Below are positions 40,914 to 56,067 of a DNA stretch of 64,000 nt, piece by piece (position 1 is the first letter of the stretch; each line of letters begins with the position of its first letter). Location of the stretch: assembly GCF_009914755.1 (NCBI RefSeq), contig NC_060937.1; one strand, written 5' to 3'. Made by a program: the position numbers and the translations under genes. The notes below the pieces were generated by a model. It did no database searches. It saw only the letters and a list, made by a program, of their open reading frames with translations, and was not told the DNA's origin. The stretch is from the human T2T-CHM13v2.0 reference genome, Homo sapiens.

Positions 40914-42979
40914 AAAGGAAATAGAAAATTTAAAACAGAATGGAGATAGGGATAAAAGAATAAATGGTTAACAGAGACTAGTAAAAATGTGAGGAAATTG
41001 AATGGGTATTTTTTTAGAAGAACAATTCAAATAATTATATTAACTAATAGAATGTTAGGAAAAAGACAACTAAAATAAAAAGAGGATAATAATAGTGATG
41101 ACATGATGAGCTCACCCAAATGTCCTCATGTTACACTGGTAGAGGAATGATATTCACACTTTATTAAATCAGGTGTTCACGTGAACAATTTAAAGATCAA
41201 TAGTATATACCATTTATGAAACACTTGAGAAAAAAGAGCAGAAATCAAGAAAACTTAATTTGATGGCAAAAAATTATATAGCTATAGATACAATGTAATT
41301 CTAGAAAATGCTGGAGAATGCAAAAAGCTAAAGTGATTGTCAGGGTCTTTTGTATTTTTCCGTTTTGCTTTCTCTGCTATAGAATTCGTTATGTCCATCT
41401 TAATAACTTTCACCACTGCTGTTGATCTATTACTCTTCTTTTTCACTATCTATGACCTGTGGTCAGTTTTTTTAAAGCATATGCATCCTACATTCACAAA
41501 TGAATTTCATTTGAGCTAGCCAGGTATATGTGAGTGAGAACAATTGTAAATACACCCATTACATGAATGAGCATGCTGAAGTATATATCATTTAAGTAAA
41601 TCATGTAAGCAATTTAAGTAACGCAAATAATACAGTAGTCACTAGTCCTCAGGTAGAACTTAATACAGTACTTCAGTATTTTTTTTTTTAGAATTCTAGC
41701 TGCCTCCAGATAGACTATCAATGTCAATGAGCCACATACATTATTTTCCAATCAAGTGAAGCTGAGAGCAAGAAATCTTCAATGTTAGACACTCAAAGAA
41801 CAGTTTCTGTGTGGCCAGAAAGTATCATTTTGACACTTTTATTTAATTAGAAAAGCTTTCTATTAGCATTATAAAGGTCGTTCAAGACACTGTTGTCAGT
41901 GACATCCACCAGCAAGTCGATCAGACTTGAACTGATTGTCCCGAGTACTTCTTTGCCCCTATTGAACTTGACCCTTTGCCCAGGTGGAATTTAAAGAAAG
42001 AGATGCTGGAATAAGCACTGCAAACCTTCTAAACTGCAAAGTGGATAATTCAATCTTGAGACAACCTCTCAAAGTAATTTTGTCTTTAACAGACAGGAGA
42101 TAACTAGAATATTTCCATATTTGAAGCAGGCTTTAAAATGTTTTTTCCTAACATTTTATTTTCTGAAGCTTAAAACTACTCTTTTTACCACAAATGTAAG
42201 TCATTTGTTCTGTTTAAAAGACATGAAAATTATATGAATTTTCTGGTGTGTAATATGTTTCTACCTGTATAAATTTTATTGAAAGGTTTGTGATACTTAA
42301 AATATTGTGTCCGCAATAAACCCAAGTTAACTTCAAATTAGTATTTAGTTTTTTGCCTTGAAAAATATTTTAAAATTTAAACTTCTAAATCCAGTAGTCC
42401 AGGCTACCACTTTCATTATTATTTCTTAGCTTCTGGGCAAAATTAAATGTCAAATCTTCAATCACGAAGATCCTTTTAGAATCATGAAATTAAGTAAAAA
42501 CCACATTATGACTTTCAGCTTATATTTATGTAAGCTCAAAATAACACATCACACTACTGTTCTGATATTTAATATATTTCCCACAGATTAATTTTCAAAG
42601 TGTGGCTCTTGAACGTTAAAGACAATGTCCATATGTTAAAGAATTTGGTCTAAAGCACAGACACCTTGAATTCATTTATTTGACAAGGAAATTAACCTAA
42701 AGAATCCAAAGATGTAAATATATAATTGCCTGTTTTTGTAAGATATGAAAACATATTTATGGTCCGTTTTATTTCAGATAACTAATATGCACCTTGTCCA
42801 ACTAAAATTAAAATTAAATGAAGAAAAGTGTTATGGTTAGCATGTGCATTGTGAAAAAGTAATTGTGTAGTGACCACAGTTTGCTTACATTTGAAACTGC
42901 TGAGTTATCATGCTAAAGTGTAAAACTGTTTTTTAGCTTTTGAATTTGAGTTATCTTTATTTTGGAATCTCAAGCTTTT

Positions 42980-43090
42980 ATTCATTTATTTATTCACCCA
43001 ATATGTATTTATTGATTAGCCATTACATGCCAGGGACATATTAAACAGTAATGAACAAGACAAAATTAGACTGTGGCTTTATGAATGTAT
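42980..43090 (-). mobile_element. L2 3' end
   Basis: ttcatttatttattcacccaatatgtatttattga...atgccaggg...atgaacaagaca. Confidence 0.65.
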
Positions 43091-44850
43091 GGTATGATTT
43101 TACAACTATCTAAAGCATCTTAACTTCAAACTACTTTAAAAATATTAATCTATTAAATAAATTTCACCTGTTTCATTCAGTGAACATGAGAGATAAATAT
43201 ATATCTACTCTTGTGAGCAGTTATTAAATATTACAAACTTTTTTCCAAAATGAATGAATACAAAGTACATTTTTACTTCGTATTTTAGAAATTCTATGTA
43301 ATACCAGATTGATACGCACCTGTCCAACATAATTAGTCCCTCTACCTAAATTTCTAATGTTATTTTCTTTTACAAATAAATAATGGATGGGAAAATATAT
43401 GCAATTATTAGCTACACAATACTCTTCAATTACTTCATTTATTACAAATTAGTTTTATCCTTGAATTTGCAAAGTTTGTCACTCTACAGATTGAAAAATC
43501 TGAAGTACATCTGTCATTATCTGCCCTCATTTTTTAATTGATAATATCATTGATAATATTACAATTCTATAAACAATGGATAATGTATATGTGAAATTTT
43601 TATACATGCCAGTTTTACTTGTTATTAATCCTTCATAATTTTTCAGTTTTATTGTATAATATGATTTTAAAAACTTTTAAAGCTCAGAAAGTTATAATTA
43701 AAAATTTCTCTAAAAATTGCAACTTCATATTGGTCTAAGTTTTTTCATCAAATGGGAGCCAAGTTAAAAGAAGCACCAGGCTCACAAATTACCCCTACTA
43801 TGGTGTAGGTGTGGTGAATATATATGGACGTAATGGAGATCATTATTCAGAGACAGAGTCACTGTTGTGGCCCACACTGCAAATACAAAGCAAAGAAAAA
43901 TCTCAGCTTCATTTTCATTATACATTATCTTTATATTTTAAGAATAAATAAAATAGCTCTAGTCACAATGATCAGTGAATTTAAATTCACAATAAATAGG
44001 ACCTTTAGAAAATGACGTGCTCTCCTATAGAGTCGTCATCTAAAATATTCCACATTCCTCAATATTGATTCTGTTAAGAAAGTTGTCCCTCTAGTCAATT
44101 ACTTCAACACACACAATGTGGTTGTAAGTCCACAGTCTAGTCATACATTCTGAACAATGTCTTTGTAAGAAGCCTCTTCGTTTAAAATTTTTTAAGGTTT
44201 ACAAGTGATTGGACCTGTGTGGAGATAAATTAGAGACTAGTAGTAGGGGCTATGACAATTATGTTCCTGGTACTTATATTCAGCAATAATGAAAAATGTT
44301 ACATGTCTCTGTGTTATGAGCTCAACTAAAGTGCTACCTTAAACTGATTACACATCAATTTTGAAATAACTTTTATTTAGTTTAATATATTAAGAAATGT
44401 TCACACTACTACAGTCAGAATCGATCACTTTATATGTTAGTCATGGAACACATTGAAGAACATGCTTAGTTTCTTTATGTATTGCTTAAATTAGAATCTT
44501 AAAACTACTGAAGCAGTCTGCCTTTCACTGTATAAATTTCATAAGCAGAATTTCTATCGCTCAAGTTTTCTTTTCCTAGTCGATTTCTCATGATTCAGAA
44601 ACTTAATTAGATACAGAGTCTCCTCCACCATTCACCATACTCATGTACTCTGCTCATGCCGACAGCAAAAATGCTGCTAAAAATGAGTGGGTGGAAGAAG
44701 TATTATAAATGTTATAAAATTTATCAAATGGTTGGTAAAGGAAAGAATACATATATGCTTTCTTTTCACTTGGATGTGACTGGGAATATTTTTTCCTATG
44801 TTACTCAAAAGGTCTTTTTTTCTATAAGCTGTGTTTTGTTTCCCCCTAAA

Positions 44851-45010
44851 TAGTGTTTCTAAAATTTCAAGCTATGTATGAATTAAGTAGGACCTTACTG
44901 AAAAGGGAGATTTGGATATTGTAGGTCTGAAGTGTGGTCTGATATTCTGCGTTTGTAAAAAGCTCTTAGTGATGATAATGCTGCTAGTCCACAGGCCACA
45001 CTGAAGACTC
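44851..45010. mobile_element. MER5-type hAT MITE
   Basis: tagtgtttctaaaa...gtaggtctgaagtgtggtctgatattctgc...gtgatgataatgctgctagtccacaggccacact. Confidence 0.7.
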
Positions 45011-45149
45011 TAAGAGTCTCTCTCCTAACATTCCAGTTAAAACAACTATGAGTACAATATTTTTTTCTGGAGAACCTAGTGGGGAATAGAGTGGAAAAAT
45101 ATTCTATGTTGTCATTCCTTGTGGGATAAACAAACAGATGCTCGGGATA

Positions 45150-45385
45150 AAGTGTGATGCGGTAAGAAAAGCACTATGATTTCGAATTGGACAATTTAAA
45201 CTTGACTGTTAAGTTCCAACATCAAAGTCATGCAACACGGAAAAAATAAGATTTCTCACTTTACATTTTCTCTCTGATAAAATCTGCTTACATCAAAGCA
45301 TGTTTCTGATATTAAGGTGGGATGATCTATATGAAAGTGCTTCCTGTATGATGAAGCTCTATATAGGCACATTACATTGTTATTT
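45150..45385 (+). mobile_element. MIR fragment
   Basis: ggtaagaaaagcact...ttttctctctgataaaat...attaaggtgggatgatctatatgaaagtgct. Confidence 0.55.
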
Positions 45386-46892
45386 TATGCAGTTAGATGT
45401 CTTTCTGCCCTCCTCTCCACCATCAGTGCCATAGTCTGTGCCCTTTCTGTTTTTAGCTGCTGTGAAAACTGCTCAAGAAACTGTCACTCAGCAGCTGCAG
45501 TGACTGCCAGTACTAAACCAGTTGATAGAAGGATCTAAGAGGGGAGAGGACAGACAATTTTGTTTGCTCTGCAGTTCTGGTTATAAAGCTTGGATATAAA
45601 AGGAGAAAATCATTGTGATGTGGAATGTGAATTTTAAGATGCTTTCATTGGTTTCATTCACATTCTAGAGCAGTGTCCTCAAGAGTGTTCAGCACCTTAG
45701 AAAGTTTTTTTTAAGTCTTTCTTTAAAAAAATATTAAAAGGAGTATGTCATCTTCACAAAGATGGTTATTATGTCATTGATCATGTAACTACATAGATAA
45801 GATTCTGGACTTATTTGCAGCTAGCTGAAAACCAACCGGCAACTTCATATTTGATATATAGATGAAGTGAAATTGCTTTAAAACTAATGTAGAATTTATT
45901 TGTAGTGCACAATTTATTAGTATGCATGAAGATGAATTAGAACCTGCAAGCTATATTAAATTTAATGCATCAGAAAGGGAAGTAATGAATTACTTGAAAA
46001 TCATTTTAAAGCATCATTGCTAATGCGCTGTTAAACCGCGCTAGTACTAACTGCAGAGACAAATATTATTAAATCTGCCAAAGTCCCCAAACTGTGTTTT
46101 ACACAAGTCCTTCAAGAAAATAAGGAAAGGCATTTTACTCCCATCTTTATGAATAAATACAGTATGAAAGCATATACACCACATATTCAAAGAAAGGCTT
46201 TAACAATTTGAATATCTCATAAAATAATTTTTATTCTAAGGCTAAAACAAAAGTTGTTTTAATTTTCAGACAGACATAACATGGAATTTATTAACTTCAT
46301 ATTTCTAGTGGATAAAAGAAAATGTAATAAATGAAGAGATGAGCCCAAACTGCACTCACTCAGCTTTAGTTAGCGTTGGCGCTCAGTTAGCTGACTTCTC
46401 TATCTGCAGCTGTAATATTGTACTGGCTAAGCCTTTTAGTGTGCACTAAATCCTAGCTGCATAAAAGTGAAGCTAAATGGTATTTACAGGTCCTTTTCCC
46501 ACAAAGTGCAAACTAGCATTCCATTTATAATCCTATAATAACACTTTGTAATCTGCATACCAATGCAGTGCAAATAACACATTTACTTTAGAAATGAGCA
46601 TAATTAGATTATATAGATCATAGTTGAATTGGACTGAGTGACCTTTTGCTAGCATTCTCTGATAATGCAAGAAAATTTTACTACTTGGCTGACTTTTCTC
46701 ATTTAATCTAAATGATCAGTTTCTGACATAGGCCTTGAAAATCTTCAGACTCTTTCACAGTCTGGAGTTCATGTGAAGATTTTTTTTTCCCCAGTAGAAG
46801 GAGTCTTAGTGTTGAACACTGAGAGCTGGGGTTAATATTCTCTATACATACTAGAAGTAAGGAGGAGGAACACATAAAATGTAAAATGAGTG

Positions 46893-47186
46893 GGCCGGGC
46901 ACAGTGGCTCATGGTCGTAATCCCAGCACTTTAGGAGGCCCAGGCAGGCAGATCACCTGAGGTTGAGAGTTCGCGACCAGCCTGAGCAACATGGAGAGAC
47001 CCTGTCTCTGCTAAAAAATACAAAATTAGCTGGGTGTTCGGGCACGTGCCTGTAATCCTAGCTACTCAGGAGGCTGAGGCAGGAGAATTGCTTGAACCCA
47101 GGAGGCGCAGGTTGAGGTGAGCCGAGATCGCGCCATTGCACTCCAGCCTGGGCAACAAGAGCAAAACTCAAAAAAAAAAAAAAAAA
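46893..47186 (+). mobile_element. AluSp-like
   Basis: Sp-like caacatggaga. 12-bp TSD gtaaaatgagtg at 46881-46892 and 47187-47198. Confidence 0.93.
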
Positions 47187-48229
47187 GTAAAATGAGTGAT
47201 GATATAAAATTATTTATAATTGGGTTTATTATGGTTTTTGTACTTACGTTTTTGAACTAATATTTTTGAGAGTATGCTTTTCCCATTTGTGTATAATTCA
47301 AACTTTATGTTATATATTACATAGTTTAAGCCTAGTTTTTCCACTTAGCAATACATGAGATATTTTGCATCTGAATGGTTAATTTTTTTAAGTTATTTAT
47401 TCACTAAATAGTTATTGTGCACTCACTATGAGTCTCCTATATTGGGGTAAGTGGTGAAAGCTGAATGTTTGTTTCTGAAATTTCCTTTTGAAACCCAAAA
47501 CTATAATCAAAGATAAGGAAGATATAGTGACAATAACAACAGCAACATAGAGTAAATTCAGAGTAAATCACATCTCCTTCCTATTAAGAAAGGCGAAGGG
47601 AATTAAGAGTCATTTGTAACCTTAACACATTTATTTCTACTCTTTCACTCCTAAGACCTCCCATTAAGCAAAAATTCATGTAAAGTAGGAACATGTGCCT
47701 GAATGTTTGCCACTGACAAAGACTCTAGTCCCCTCAAGGTCACAGAGAGTTACATCTGCGTCGTGCATCCACTATCCCTCCAGTCTTCCAATCTTGTATG
47801 GGAGTTCCAAAACATAGCTAAAACAACACAAAGATAGATTGAGAGGCGATCTTCAAGAATTTTTTTTTACTACCTCTTTTATAAATTCCATATGGGAAAA
47901 CTTGTTTCAAGATGTTCCTTGCTCAGAAAATAATCATAAAAGAGTAAAAGAACTCTCTTTGCTTAGGTTAGTTAGGCCATATTTATAGGATGGTAAGAAA
48001 TGTCACAAGTCTGAAATAAATATGAATGTTCACTTAATAACAGAAAAAGCTGAAACCTGAGCTTCTTATGGTTCTAAATCACAAAATTAAATAATAGATG
48101 TGTGCGAATCTGTGTGTGTCTAAATGTCAATAGATACATGCATAAAAATATATGTTTACAAACTCACTCTTCCATTATTTGTGTTATGTCCAATAAACAA
48201 AATAATTAACACTATCATGGTTAGTTTCC

Positions 48230-49105
<876 letters not shown>

Positions 49106-49729
49106 TGTTGCATACACTAGTGGCAAGGGGTGAGGTGTATGATCCAATTGTGGGATGCTTATGGATAGATTTGGCTTCTGCTTAATTACACTGTAATTAA
49201 AATATAATTTTCTCCTTAGTTATGTTATACTTAGGTATACAATGATACAATGTTACTTACACAGTGTGGTTGTTTTATATCTCTTGACCATAATGAAGTA
49301 GCAGAAAAAATGTGTGTACCTCAATATTTTGATATATTAACATTTTTAAATTATTGCATAAGGGATATTGCCCTAGCATCTGCATCCCTTCACAATTTCA
49401 ATTCTTTAGCTATCTTCTGAAATTTTCCTTTTTTTTCAGTTGGACTTATTGATTGTAACTTATCTCCTAGTCCTATATCCTTCATTCTTATCTTTGTTAT
49501 CATCACTTTGCTAAACTCAGTGAATTTACCTATCCTTATGTCTACAGCTATTGCATGTATACTGAAAACCACTTCTAATTTTGATCTTTTACTTGCATGT
49601 GCATAATCCTAAGACCCTGAAGTACAGCATGATAGTAGACTTTCATCTCATTCTTGCCAGATTGAAAAAAAAAGAAATCAACTTCCTTAACTTTCTTTCT
49701 CCCTTCAGATTTTCTGTTTCTTTTATTGA

Positions 49730-50420
49730 CATGTCCAGGGCTGGAAATCTTGGAATCTTCTTTAAATCAATATTCTTTCGTTCTGTCTCCTTTCGCTTTG
49801 TTTGTTCTTAGTATTTTCTTCACAAACTCTCTTAGAATTTTCCTTTCTATTTCTTTTCCCATGGCCCTCACTCTAATCCTTTAACTCACTCTTAAATAAC
49901 TATAAATATTTTCTTTCCAGCTCACTGCCTCCGGATTCTTTCTACCATCCACCACTACCAGATTATATTTTTAAAAACTATTTTTCATCATTTTTGCTCC
50001 TATACAAGAACTCAGATGGTTTACAGTAATCTATGTTAAATAACACACACACAGACGTGCACATACACACACTCCCCAAACTAAACCTCTAAAAAAATTG
50101 ATAAATTTGGACCTTTTTAAAAATTAACTTTTTTTTACCAACAGTAAAACATATTTATTTTCTCCTCTATATCATTCAGTGTGTTAGTACTCCAACTACA
50201 GAATTCTTATATTTTTCTTCCCTTCTATTAAACCTATATGAGATACATTATTTAGAAATAAACTCTAATATTTCCATTACTTCTCCTTCTACTTCATGTT
50301 GTATTGCATCTTCTTTGGATTTCATAGTCCCTTATATCTTGTATCACGCATACTATTGCTTGACTATGTATACCTTGTTTATGCATACTTTTTATATTCT
50401 TTATCAAGCTCATTAAGAAC
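49730..50420 (+). mobile_element. L2 fragments
   Basis: ggaaatcttggaatcttc...cactaccagattatattttt. Degenerate. Confidence 0.45.
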
Positions 50421-53400
50421 ATAAAATTTAAAATAGCTTCAAAGATTAAGGTTGGAAAGTGATATATACTTCTAAATGTAGGTAGTAAAATAAACTTAGT
50501 TAAAAATTGATATATTTAATGAGTATGTATACCTCATTTGCAATGATCTTTACCTGCATTAATATAAGCATTACTCTAACTCAAAAGTGATATAGATCTT
50601 TTCCAAAGCACCTGAAGACAATATTTATTCCTCCTTTGACATCAGTAAATGTTTAAAATTTCCTGATGAGTTCAAAACAAGATATAATAAACACATTTTA
50701 AAATGCCATACTTTTTAGAATATCTTATTTTACATATATTTAAAGCACCAATGTTTTATAATTTTTCTTCGGGGTGTAGTATAATATTTTTAACAAGGTT
50801 ATGTTGGTAAAATTAAAAAGTTTAATACATGATATAATTCTGCACTAAATTCATTTCATAACTAAGATTGTTAAAAACTCTTTGACTCTGCAGTAGAATT
50901 TTGAAATATTTCATTTCTGTAAAGCTGTTTAAGACAGTGGAGACAAATAGTTTATAAGATGTTCATAGTTAGGAATGCTGCTTTCTTTTCATTCTGACAC
51001 ATCTGGGGCATACAATTATTCACAAAGGTCACTTTCTAAAGAAGAAAAAGAACAATGACCAACGGCAGCATTTAGGTTTCAAATAGACTATGACAATTTA
51101 ATCAATGACAAAACTCAATGTCAAGAACCATCTTATTTCTAGGTAGACAGAGAATGACATTTCATCAGAGCTAAGTACAATTGTCTACATTAAAAACTCA
51201 CCAAAAATGGCTACAGAAAAAGATTTAGAGAAAAAAAAGAGAGAAATCATATTAAGTTTAAATGTGAATAAAAGTTTCCTTTTCTGACTGATACTTTCAA
51301 AAGTCTCATTGTGAATTAAACAATGTTGATAATCTTAAGGAATAATAAAATTAAAAGCTTCATGAAGAATATTATGTACCACTTCACCTCCATAAAACTC
51401 ATATTTTTTAAATATGTACTATGATTAATTGGTTGAGAAATTTAAAAGAGCAAGACTGCCCTTTCAAATGATGCTTTAAACAGTGTTAGAATAAATACAG
51501 TCTATACATATTCAGGCGTGCTGGTTTATATATATGTTTTTAAAATAAAATTGTTTAACATTCTTGATCAGCTACTGTAACCACTTCAACCTATGTATAT
51601 TTAATCTATAACAGACATTAATATTTACCTGGAAAATAGCTATTTTTTTAAGTTACTGCAAGTCTATAAGACTCAATTTCTATTCCTTAAAATAATTATA
51701 ATAATACTTTAATACATGTGGGACTTTGACCTAATTTAGTATCACAATATATATTGTGTAAGCCCTAGCAATGTTTTAGGCATAAAGTTTGCAATAAATA
51801 TTTTAATGAGTTATTCACCATTTTGTGCTACTTCCTATGCTGCAAAATGTGTATCTTCATTTCTTTTAGGCATGCCTTACTCTTTCAGAAAAATATATTA
51901 AAATAGGAAGGCGTTGTAACAAGATATTCATATTACTTTTTTCACATACTTGCAGAACTATATTTTAGGAGATCAAAAGCATAAGACAATGAACTAGGGC
52001 TCCAGTGGAAATAGCTAATCCAACCAATATGTGATAGCGAATGCATATAAGTGATAAAATTATGAGATTTCTAATACAGGTAGGATAGTATTAGAAAAAT
52101 GGAAAGTCATAGAATAAAAAGGGTCATATTTTAGTATCTTTCTGCAATCTGAAATGCTTGGATAAATTAGACTAAACCCTAAAAATTTTTATTTTTTATT
52201 AAGAAAAATGAATGTGATAGATTATCATAGCTGTAACTGGAAGAACAGCATGATCTCTGTCCCCAAAATACAACTAATAGATATTTATACATACCGAAGA
52301 CAATATAATTAAGAGATATAGTTAAAGAGCACTGTGAAATTTGCAGTTTATATACCTGAGCTACTTTTAACTGAAAAATGAAAACATTTTCATGAATATT
52401 CAAGAGACAGAAAAATAGTAGTCAAAGAAAATTCTAGATTTTCCATAAATAGAAATATTGTTTGTTAACTGGAGAAGAAAAAGAGGAAGAGAATAAAAAC
52501 TTTTGAAGAATAGGTTAAACACAGTAAAAAACTTGAAATAGTATTTTCAGAAGTTCATTATTCTTTCAATTTTGCTATTTTACTTTATGTTCATCACACT
52601 CTTCAACAATTAAATGGCCAAAACCTTTCCATTTTGCCAGTCACCTATCAGACCACCTCAAATCTCTTCCTGTTGCTCACCTTTTTTCTACACTCTATCT
52701 TCCTTTACTTGAAAGTATTCTGAGATTGGAGTATGAAATAGCTATTGACTATTTTGTAATTTATAAAAGTCTATCAATAAGCTAATTTAATTTTCCTCCC
52801 CCCAAAAGCTTTAAACCCTACAATTTAGTTACAAATGTTTATTTTTTGCACCTACATTCAGCAAGGCAGATATTTGCTTATCAGGATTAGTATAGGAATC
52901 AAATCTGAATAATTGAGAAACCAAAACAAATACATGTTTATGTTTGTAATTTATGGAATATATAAATGCTACACTTTGGAGCACAAATTTTTAAACATCA
53001 ATTATATTCACTAATTTAAGTTAAATTATAACTGTATTTCACTTTCCTTTGTGTTGGGTACGTAGAGTTGTATGTATGGGAGTAATCAAGTCAAATTAAG
53101 GAATTCTTTCTATTGCTCCTTACAAATGTAGATGCAGCTATGTTTCTAAATTCTCAATTATAAAGTGACTAAGCCTAAATAAGCCCTCAAGTTATCTTTT
53201 TTTAAATGTAATAACATGACTTGGAAGATCGTTTACAAAATTTTAAAATTTATATCATTGGGATCTTCTTTAAGAAGTTTTATAGGATTTTAAAGAATTC
53301 TAAAGGTTTGTATAAATATTGAAGTAACAGTTTTACATATGGCAGGAGAATGTAGGCAGAAGTCAAGATGATTGGATGATTTAATACAGGAATAGTAGAT

Positions 53401-53455
53401 TAAGTGGCTAGAAATAGCAATGTGTATCTTGCAAGCTGAAAACTATCATTAAGAA

Positions 53456-54857
53456 TTTTTTTTAATTTTATTTTCCCTTGAGGGGATATATGTTGAAATT
53501 TGTTACCTAGATATAGTCCATGATGCTGAGGTTTGGGGAACAAGCGATCTCAATACTAAATAGTACACAATAGTAAGTTTTTCAGCCCTGTCCCTATCCT
53601 TCCTTCTCCACTCCAGTGGTCCCCAGTTTCTATTGTTGCCATCTTTATGTCCATGTGTACTCAATGTTAAGCTCCAACTTATAAGTGAGAATATGTGGTA
53701 TTGGTTTCCTGTTTTTGCATTAATTCACTTAGAATAATGGCCTCCAGTTGCATTCATGTTGCTGAAAGGACATAATTTTCTTTTTGATGGCTTTGTAACG
53801 TTCTATGGCATATATGCACCACATTTTCTTTATTCAATATACCATTGATGGGCACCTGGGTTGATTCCATGTCTTTGCTATTGTGCATAGTGCTCCAATG
53901 AACATGCAAGTGCATGTGACTTTTTTTGGTAGAAAGACTTGTTTTCTTTGGGATCTATACCCATGATGGGATTGCTGGGTTGAATGGCAGTCCTGAGTTA
54001 TTTGAGACATCTCGAAACTGCTTTTCACAGTGGCTGAACTAATTTGCATTTACCAACAGTGAATAAGCATTCCCTTTTCTCAACATCTTTGCCAGCATTT
54101 GCTGCTTTTGACTTTTTAATAATAGCCATTTAACCATTCTGACTGGTATGAGATGATATCTCATTGTGGTTTTTTTGCATTTCTCTGATGATTAGTGATG
54201 TGGAGCCTTTTTGTATATGTTTGTTGGCTGCTTGTGTGTCTTCTTTTGAGAAGTATCTGTTCATGATTTTGCCCAGTTTTTGATAGGGTTTATTTGTTTT
54301 TCCTTTTTCAATTATTTAATTTCCTTATAGATTCTGGATATGAGACCCTTATCAGATGCATAGTTTGCACATATATATTTTCTCTCCTGTGAGAAACAGT
54401 TTGTCTGTTTACTCTGTTGATAATTTCTTTTGCTCTGCAGGAGCTCTTCAGTTTAATCAAGTCTCACTTGTCAATTTTTGTTTTTATTGCAATTGCTTTT
54501 GAGGACTCAGTTATAACTTCTTTCACAAGGTCAATGTTCAGAATGGTGTTTCCTAGGTTTTCTTCTAAGAGCCTTATAGTTTCAGGTTTTACATTTAAAT
54601 CTTTAACCCTTTCTGAGTTAATTTTCATATATGGTCGAAAGTAGAGATCCAGTTTCATTCTTCTGCATATGGTTAACCAGCTATTCCAGCATCATTTATT
54701 GAAAAGGGAGTCTTTTCTCCATTGCTTATTTTTGTTGACTTTGTTGAAGATCAGATGGTTGTAGGTGTGCAACTTTATTTTTGGATTCCTTATTCTGTTC
54801 CTTTGTCTGTATGTCTGTCTTTGTACCAGTCCCATGCTGTTTTGGTTGCTGTAGCTT
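53456..54857 (-). mobile_element. 5'-truncated L1PA15/16-like element
   Basis: T-tail and 3'UTR (catgatgctgaggtttgggg). ORF2 C-terminal remnants: MKLDLYFRPYMKINS, ...DSLFNK, and TCTCMFIGALCTIAKTWNQPRCPS. Confidence 0.92.
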
Positions 54858-55142
54858 AGAATCTTAAGTGAATGTTCTAATCTACTTAAAGTAACTCCGC
54901 CATAGATTTTACAAAGCATAACCAACATCAATGACATATATTTTTTCATCTTTCTAATTCATCATGTAGACATAAAATCTAATCTATATTTAGATAACAT
55001 ATAAAGGATTGAAAAAGTCTATTTGCACATTCATTATTTGTAGAATCTCCAAAATAAACCTGGAGTTTCTCAGTGACACCTACATAAAAGACAAAATCTA
55101 TTATGTTTTATAAAACTAATTCATACTAATAAAATAACATAT

Positions 55143-56067
55143 TGATAGCAGCAGGAGCCAGCCAAATGCCAAGGCAGGTAGGGGCAGGTACCTAGTGAAA
55201 CCCCACTTCCAAGCTGAAGACAGTTTAAAGCCTGAAAGCCAAGCTACAGGTTAAATCCTCAGACTGGATTGAGAACTTTTCTTCTTGTTTGGCATGCTTT
55301 CCTCTGATTGATCCCACCCTTCACCTATTTTACATATACTTACCCTTTCCAATTTGGTTTTCTACACTGTCATGCCCACCTTGGAGTGGTGTCTTTGCTT
55401 TAACATATTTTGCATACTCACAAACCAATCAGCACGCAGTCCCCATCTTGTGCCTACAAAGACCCCAGACTCAGTTGGTAGAGGGGAGTTGGCCGGACTC
55501 CAAGGAGACAACCAGACTTCAAGGAAGAAATGGCCAGACTTTGAAGAAGAGACAGCAGGACTATGGAAGACAGGCCTGACTTTAGAGGAAGATGGCCAGC
55601 ACTTCCTGTCAGTTCTCCAGCTCTCCTCTATGCTGAGAGCTGTTTTCCTTGCTTAACAAAATTCTCCACCTTCACCATCCTTCAATTGTTCATACAACCT
55701 CATTCTTCTTGGACGGTGGACAAAGACTGGGGACCCACCCCTTTGCCTGTGCTGGTGGAGGGCAACCACCTTGCATAATTAGGCAAGGGGCCAACTGAGT
55801 TGGTAACACACCATTGACCAGGAACAGTGAAACTAGGAGAGCATCATAACATCCCTTCTGGGGTTTCAGGGTCCCAGGCACCCCCACCTGGGTGCCGCCA
55901 CAGGTCCTGCATGGAGCTTGCTCCTGCTGGTGCCCAGAGCAACTGACTGGATCCTGCACTTGCTTGCTCATGTGCTCCCTCCCACTAGGAGTTGAGCGTG
56001 GCAGACCAAATAAACAGGACACCTCTGTCACGAGTCCAGCGAAGGGGCCAAGAAAAATATTGCATCA
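55143..56067 (+). mobile_element. ERV1 solo LTR (LTR27/LTR28-like)
   Basis: Runs tgatagcagcaggagccagccaaatgcc...caaaccaatcagcacgc...tgcatca. Perfect TSD ATAT. Confidence 0.88.
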
